61,291 nt of DNA. Source: Myxococcota bacterium. Lineage in GTDB: Bacteria; Myxococcota; UBA4151. Numbering within the stretch: the first letter of the stretch is position 1; each line of letters opens with the position of its first letter. Below the pieces are notes generated by a model that worked only from the letters and a program-made list of their open reading frames with translations, had not been told where the DNA came from and did not search any database. This document shows, in pieces, positions 56,550 to 61,291 of this stretch. The stretch spans positions 1 through 61,291 of the forward strand of contig JBDQPD010000005.1 of NCBI GenBank assembly GCA_040260805.1, written 5' to 3'. Both the position numbers and the translations under genes were made by a program.

Positions 56550-59500
56550 ATGAAAAACCTGCCTCTTTTATCGGTCTGTGCGCTCGCACTTAGCTGCATG
56601 ACCGAACGACTGCCCGATTTGCCAGTAAGCTCAGGTGGTCGAGTGGTTTTGGAGGGCACGGTGCGCCACGGCGTGGACGGGCAACTTCAGCCGGTCGCTT
56701 GGCCTGGGGCTCGCGTCGAAGCGGTCGGGTACGGCTTGGTCACTGCGGACGCTCTTGGGAGGTATCGTTTGCCTCCGATTCCGGTTGGCGCTGGCGATCG
56801 AAACGTCGAGTTTTTGATCTTTGATCCGGCGGAGCCGCTGGATTCGCCGCCGGCGGGTCGCCAGATTTACCCTTTGGTCAGTGGCACCACCGGACAGGTC
56901 GTGGTCAATTTAGAGGTCGGCGCTCGAGGCAGCGTGTCAGGGCGCGTGGAGTTGGTCGGGCGCCCGCACTCAGGAGGGGTGATCGTCTACGCTGATGGGA
57001 TCCCTGGCGCCGATGATCTCAGCGGTCCCGACGGCAGCTTCTTCCTCCACGGTATCCCCGCCGGCGAGGTGCGAGTCGGGTTTTTGTACGATGATTATGC
57101 GGTCGCACCGACGACCTTCGTTGATGTCGCCGTGACGCCTTATCTCTCGAAGAAAATCGACGAGTCGGTGAAGCTTAGCCCCACACCGGGTGAATCATCG
57201 ACAGCCGGGGTGTCGGGCAAGGTGACCCTCGAAGGGGGCATGGACGCCAACGATCTTGAGTTGGTGGTCAGTCCTTTGCTTGGACGCAGCGGCTCAAGCA
57301 GCACGGGAAGCGTCGATACGGCGGTTCGCTCGCTAGCTCTTGAGCCCGACGGTTCGTTCTCATTTACCCTAGATTTTGACGAGCCTCATACGCTGACGCT
57401 GCGCAGCAAGCCTGGATCCGAAGCGAACCCGATCCGAGTGTCTCGATTGCACCACGTCAGGCGGGGTTCGAGCGACTTGGTGATGGCGGCTTTGTGGGCA
57501 ACTTATGACGCCGATGGCGACGGCTATCCGGATGGACCCGACAGCGATGGCGACGGCGTGCCCAACGCAGAAGATGTGGATCCGGACAACGATGGGTGTC
57601 TTAACGAATCCGACTTGACCAAACACAACCCGCACAGCTGCGGTGATCTCGATGAAGACGGAGTAGCCGACGGGATGGACCCGGACTCCGATGGCGACGG
57701 CGACGCAGACCTTGAAGAGCTCAGCTTAGGCGAAGACGGTCGCTACAGCGACCACCGAAACGTCGCTCACAGCTCTGAGCGAGCGCTCGCTGAGGGCGAG
57801 GTCAGCGACGATGGAAGTTTAGTGGTTTCGGGTGACGGCGTGGTTCTTGAGACAGTGGACGAGGCTGAGGGCGAGCTGACGCCGATGCTTGAGGCGTTGC
57901 GGGACCATCACGACTATTTTGGCGATGAACGCCTGACGCCGGTGTACCGAGTGACCGTCCCTGAGGGTCAATCGGTCGATATGGTGACTCAATTCTTCGG
58001 AATCAAGACCGACGCTAAAGACCTCCGGTTGGTGATTATCCCCGACTGCGGTGCGTCCTGCGTCGAGGCGTTTTATCCTCGAGCTTTGAATGGGGTGATG
58101 ATCGAATGTGCTCCCTCTGCACGCGGCCGCAAAACGTGTCCGGATGAGCCCTTGGTGACCGCGCTGCAGACCAATTCTTTGGTCTGGCTGCAGCGCTTTG
58201 GGCCCAAGCTCGCCATGATTAAATGCGGCGACGGCGAGCTCGACCCCGGTGAAGAGTGTGACGACCAAAACGACAACGAACTCGATGGCTGCAGCTCGCA
58301 ATGTCATCGGTCTCGCTGCGGTGATGGGATCATCCAAGATGATGAGAGCTGTGATGACAGCAACCGCGACCCAGCAGACGCCTGCGATGCCCAATGTCGA
58401 GACGGTGCTTGCGGCGACGGGATTGTTCGTGAGGGGCGTTTGCCCGGGCAAGTTGGCTACGAAGAGTGCGATGACGGCAACGCGGTGGACACCGATGGGT
58501 GCTTGAGCAACTGCCTCTCGGCTCGCTGCGGTGATTCGGTCACCCAGGCTGGTGTCGAAGGGTGCGACGACGGCAACGCCGTCGATGAGGATGCGTGCCG
58601 AAACAACTGCGCTGCGGCGCGCTGCGGCGACGGCGTCATGCGCAGCGACCTTGAGGTAGGACAAGACGGCTTTGAGGCTTGCGATGATGGCAACGAATTC
58701 GACACCGACAACTGCCTCAACAGCTGCGCCGTCTTTCGCTGCGGCGATGGCGTTCGACACAGCGTTCTCGAGGGCTGCGATGATGGCAACGACAGCAACA
58801 CCGACGGCTGCCACAACAACTGCGCCGCAGCGATCTGCGGCGATGGCGTCCGACGCACTGATTTGAACCCAGGGCAAGATGGCTACGAAGAATGCGACGA
58901 CGGCAACATCGATGATATCGATGGCTGCTTGAACAACTGCCAGGCAGCCCGTTGCGGTGATCAGTTTGTTCAGATGGGCGTCGAGACCTGCGACGACGGC
59001 AACAACGACGACAACGACGACTGCCGCAACACCTGCGTCCTAGCGGGCTGCGGCGATGGAATTGTCCAGCTCGGCATCGAGGCTTGCGATGACGGCAACG
59101 ACAACGACCAAGACGCCTGCCGCAATCACTGCGCGCTGGCGCGCTGCGGGGATGGTGTGCACCACGAGGGTGTTGAGGCTTGTGACGATGGTAATGCTAA
59201 TTCGCGCGATGACTGCTTGAATAATTGCCAGATTGCGCGGTGTGGCGATGGCGTGTTGCACGAGGATACAGCACGCGAATTGTGTGATGACGGAAACCGA
59301 GTCAGCCCGGATGGTTGCGGCAACAACTGCAAGCCGACGGTTCGAGATATTGCCCTGAATTTAGCATCTATGTGCATTTTACGTGCTGGCGAGGTCTGGT
59401 GCACGGGTGGAAACGGCAACGGTAACTTAGGGAACGGCTCGCTTCGCCCCAGCACGCGTCTCGAGCGAGTGTTTGGACTCAACACAGCAGAGCAGTTGGT

Positions 59501-60398
59501 GGCAGGGCGCGACCATATCTGTGTTCGCCTCGCCAACCAGGGGGTGTCGTGTTGGGGTCGTAACCTCAACGGTCAACTCGGTAACTCGGACCCGGATCGA
59601 CGCAACCAAAATGAGCCCGTCACCGTAGCCAATTTGACGTCGGTAGTGCATTTGACAGCCGGACTTCACCACACCTGCGCGGTGAAAGCAGACGGTTCGG
59701 TCTACTGCTGGGGTTTTAATGAGTTTGGCTCGCTTGGTGATGGCTCAAACACGGACCGAGGAGCGCCCGTTCAGGCGACGATCGAAGGTGTAGAGCAGAT
59801 CGCAGCGGGTGCTCACACCTGTGCGGTAGACACCGACCGGCAAGTACATTGCTGGGGTTTCAACGAGTATGGGGCGGTAGGTACCGGCGCCAACACGGAG
59901 TCGGTGACGGAGCCGACCAGGGTGGGCGGCTTGAATTCCGTGCGCTCGATCGCAGTCGGAGATTATCACTCGTGCGCAGTGCTGGCTGATGGTCGAGTCA
60001 AGTGCTGGGGTAAAAACCTAAACGGTGAGCTGGGTATTGGGAACATCATCAATCAAACCACTCCTGTGGTGATGCAGGGCGTCGAAGACGCTCAGGCGGT
60101 AGCCTGCGGTCATCAGCGAACCTGCGTTCTTTTCAGTGGTGGAGCCATGCGCTGCTCGGGCTTGGGAACCGATGGTGCCCTGGGCACGGGCGAGCTGAGT
60201 AATCGAGTCACGGCAACCGTCAACGTGCTGGTCGATGGCCAGGTCACGCTGATGGGTTATGGTCCGGGTTCCGAGTCGAACGCTGCGTTGGATCACGACA
60301 ATCGGATCTTTGTTTGGGGTAAAAATCATTTAGGTCAACTTGGTCTGGGTGATCAGCAGACTCCACGCGCTGAGCCCAGTGAAGTGCTTGGCTTCTAA
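56550..60398 (+). CDS. Large modular lipoprotein: carboxypeptidase-regulatory-like beta sandwiches, TSP3-like Ca-binding repeats, 11 Cys-rich repeats, RCC1 propeller
   Basis: Lipobox ALSC; DADGDG/DSDGDG motifs; CGDG..CDDGN x11; HTCA..DGSVYCWGFNEFGSLG RCC1 repeats. Confidence 0.9.
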   Translation: MKNLPLLSVCALALSCMTERLPDLPVSSGGRVVLEGTVRHGVDGQLQPVAWPGARVEAVGYGLVTADALGRYRLPPIPVGAGDRNVEFLIFDPAEPLDSPPAGRQIYPLVSGTTGQVVVNLEVGARGSVSGRVELVGRPHSGGVIVYADGIPGADDLSGPDGSFFLHGIPAGEVRVGFLYDDYAVAPTTFVDVAVTPYLSKKIDESVKLSPTPGESSTAGVSGKVTLEGGMDANDLELVVSPLLGRSGSSSTGSVDTAVRSLALEPDGSFSFTLDFDEPHTLTLRSKPGSEANPIRVSRLHHVRRGSSDLVMAALWATYDADGDGYPDGPDSDGDGVPNAEDVDPDNDGCLNESDLTKHNPHSCGDLDEDGVADGMDPDSDGDGDADLEELSLGEDGRYSDHRNVAHSSERALAEGEVSDDGSLVVSGDGVVLETVDEAEGELTPMLEALRDHHDYFGDERLTPVYRVTVPEGQSVDMVTQFFGIKTDAKDLRLVIIPDCGASCVEAFYPRALNGVMIECAPSARGRKTCPDEPLVTALQTNSLVWLQRFGPKLAMIKCGDGELDPGEECDDQNDNELDGCSSQCHRSRCGDGIIQDDESCDDSNRDPADACDAQCRDGACGDGIVREGRLPGQVGYEECDDGNAVDTDGCLSNCLSARCGDSVTQAGVEGCDDGNAVDEDACRNNCAAARCGDGVMRSDLEVGQDGFEACDDGNEFDTDNCLNSCAVFRCGDGVRHSVLEGCDDGNDSNTDGCHNNCAAAICGDGVRRTDLNPGQDGYEECDDGNIDDIDGCLNNCQAARCGDQFVQMGVETCDDGNNDDNDDCRNTCVLAGCGDGIVQLGIEACDDGNDNDQDACRNHCALARCGDGVHHEGVEACDDGNANSRDDCLNNCQIARCGDGVLHEDTARELCDDGNRVSPDGCGNNCKPTVRDIALNLASMCILRAGEVWCTGGNGNGNLGNGSLRPSTRLERVFGLNTAEQLVAGRDHICVRLANQGVSCWGRNLNGQLGNSDPDRRNQNEPVTVANLTSVVHLTAGLHHTCAVKADGSVYCWGFNEFGSLGDGSNTDRGAPVQATIEGVEQIAAGAHTCAVDTDRQVHCWGFNEYGAVGTGANTESVTEPTRVGGLNSVRSIAVGDYHSCAVLADGRVKCWGKNLNGELGIGNIINQTTPVVMQGVEDAQAVACGHQRTCVLFSGGAMRCSGLGTDGALGTGELSNRVTATVNVLVDGQVTLMGYGPGSESNAALDHDNRIFVWGKNHLGQLGLGDQQTPRAEPSEVLGF
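58224..59330 (+). repeat. Array of 11 CGD-CDDGN Cys-rich peptide repeats
   Basis: Counted in the translation. Confidence 0.9.
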
Positions 60399-60410
60399 GG
60401 ATGCATGCAC

Positions 60411-61291
60411 ATGTTTAATCGCTGGTTTGGATTAGGCGCTTTAGCCACTTTGGTAATGACCGCTGGGTGCACGGAGCGTTTGCCGAAGCTTCCGGCCGAT
60501 AACGGCCCTGGGCTTCAGGACCTCACCGCATACATCGAGGGCGACGTCTTGCGGGGTGTCGATGGTGAAACGGGGACGGTGCCGATGCCTGAAGCTCGCG
60601 TGGAGGTCCTTGGCGTAGGCTCGTCGTTGACAGGACCAACCGGTCGTTTCCGTTTGCCTCGCGTGAAGGTCGGGCTTGAGGACCAAACGCTCGAGTTCTT
60701 GGTCTACGACCAAACCCAAGGCGTCGACGCGATGCCTGTAAGCCGCTATCAATATGAGCTGCTCGCAGGCACCAGCGGTCAGGTCAAAGTCGACATCACG
60801 ATCGGCGCACGCGGCAGCATCAAGGGCCGAGTGGCTTTGCCGGAAGGGTCGCCGCCCGGAGGCGTGATCGTCTTTGTTGAGGGCGTGCCTGGCGCCGACG
60901 ATCTGAGCGGTCCTCAGGGGCACTTCTTTCTGCACGGCGTGCCTGAGGGTGCGGTGCGGGTTGGCTTTATGTACGAAGACTATGTGGTCGCGCCGCAGGA
61001 CCTGATCGATGTCATGGTCAGCCCTTACCAAGCGACCGAGATCCCCGAGACGATTCAGCTCACGCCGCCGCCTGGCGAGAGCGCCTTGGCGCCGGTGACG
61101 GTGATGGTTGATCGCCACCCTGACGTACCCGCCGAGGGTTTAGAGGTGGTGATCAGCCCCTTGCTGGCGAGACCTTGGTCTGGATCACCCGCCGAGGGCG
61201 CTGAGCCGGTCAAGGTGATCCCGGTGCCCGCAGACGGTCGGCTGGACTTAGCCTTTGATTACCCTGAGCCCCATACCGTGGTGTTGCGCCA
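60411..61291 (+). CDS. Tandem paralog of the 56550 lipoprotein, truncated by the window end (not in ORF track)
   Basis: Manual translation MFNRWFGLGALATLVMTAGCTERLP...GARGSIKGRV...GGVIVFVEGVPGADDLSGPQGHFFLHGVP; open to the end; in-frame ATG 60405 is the alternative start. Confidence 0.88.
   Translation, partial: MFNRWFGLGALATLVMTAGCTERLPKLPADNGPGLQDLTAYIEGDVLRGVDGETGTVPMPEARVEVLGVGSSLTGPTGRFRLPRVKVGLEDQTLEFLVYDQTQGVDAMPVSRYQYELLAGTSGQVKVDITIGARGSIKGRVALPEGSPPGGVIVFVEGVPGADDLSGPQGHFFLHGVPEGAVRVGFMYEDYVVAPQDLIDVMVSPYQATEIPETIQLTPPPGESALAPVTVMVDRHPDVPAEGLEVVISPLLARPWSGSPAEGAEPVKVIPVPADGRLDLAFDYPEPHTVVLR

Noticed and set aside
60441-61118. 225-aa minus-strand ORF in the track
   Set aside because: Antisense to the plus-strand lipoprotein paralog starting at 60411, which has clear homology to the upstream gene

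Overview
Chromosomal window from a GC-rich bacterium that is most likely Myxococcota (inferred from Myxococcus-type Cys-rich repeats, a TIGR04563-like small protein and many lipoproteins). 1-5.9 kb is the end of the spc/alpha ribosomal cluster: rpsE-rpmD-rplO-secY-adk-infA-rpmJ-rpsM-rpsK-rpoA-rplQ, with no map and no rpsD. The rest mixes housekeeping genes (yggS, maf, rnd, purH-purD-purE, acyl-CoA carboxylase beta, grxC, PIN-PhoH, asnS) with a dense set of uncharacterised envelope proteins. Best candidates for new biology: (i) two tandem ~1300-aa paralogous metzincin lipoproteins plus a Cys-rich lipoprotein, divergent from a Kelch lipoprotein and an acidic-repeat protein; (ii) a family of modular lipoproteins (anchor, Cys-repeat stalk, variable head) with a visible codon-usage seam and a tandem paralog cut by the window end; (iii) a TonB-receptor-like gene whose signal-like segment follows an amber stop in frame with no canonical start; (iv) two apparent pseudoenzymes, one circularly permuted. 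I found no rRNA, tRNA, CRISPR array, transposase, integrase or reverse transcriptase. All family calls come from motif recognition by eye; no database searches were run. Many starts were moved from the ORF track to codons with RBS or signal-peptide support.
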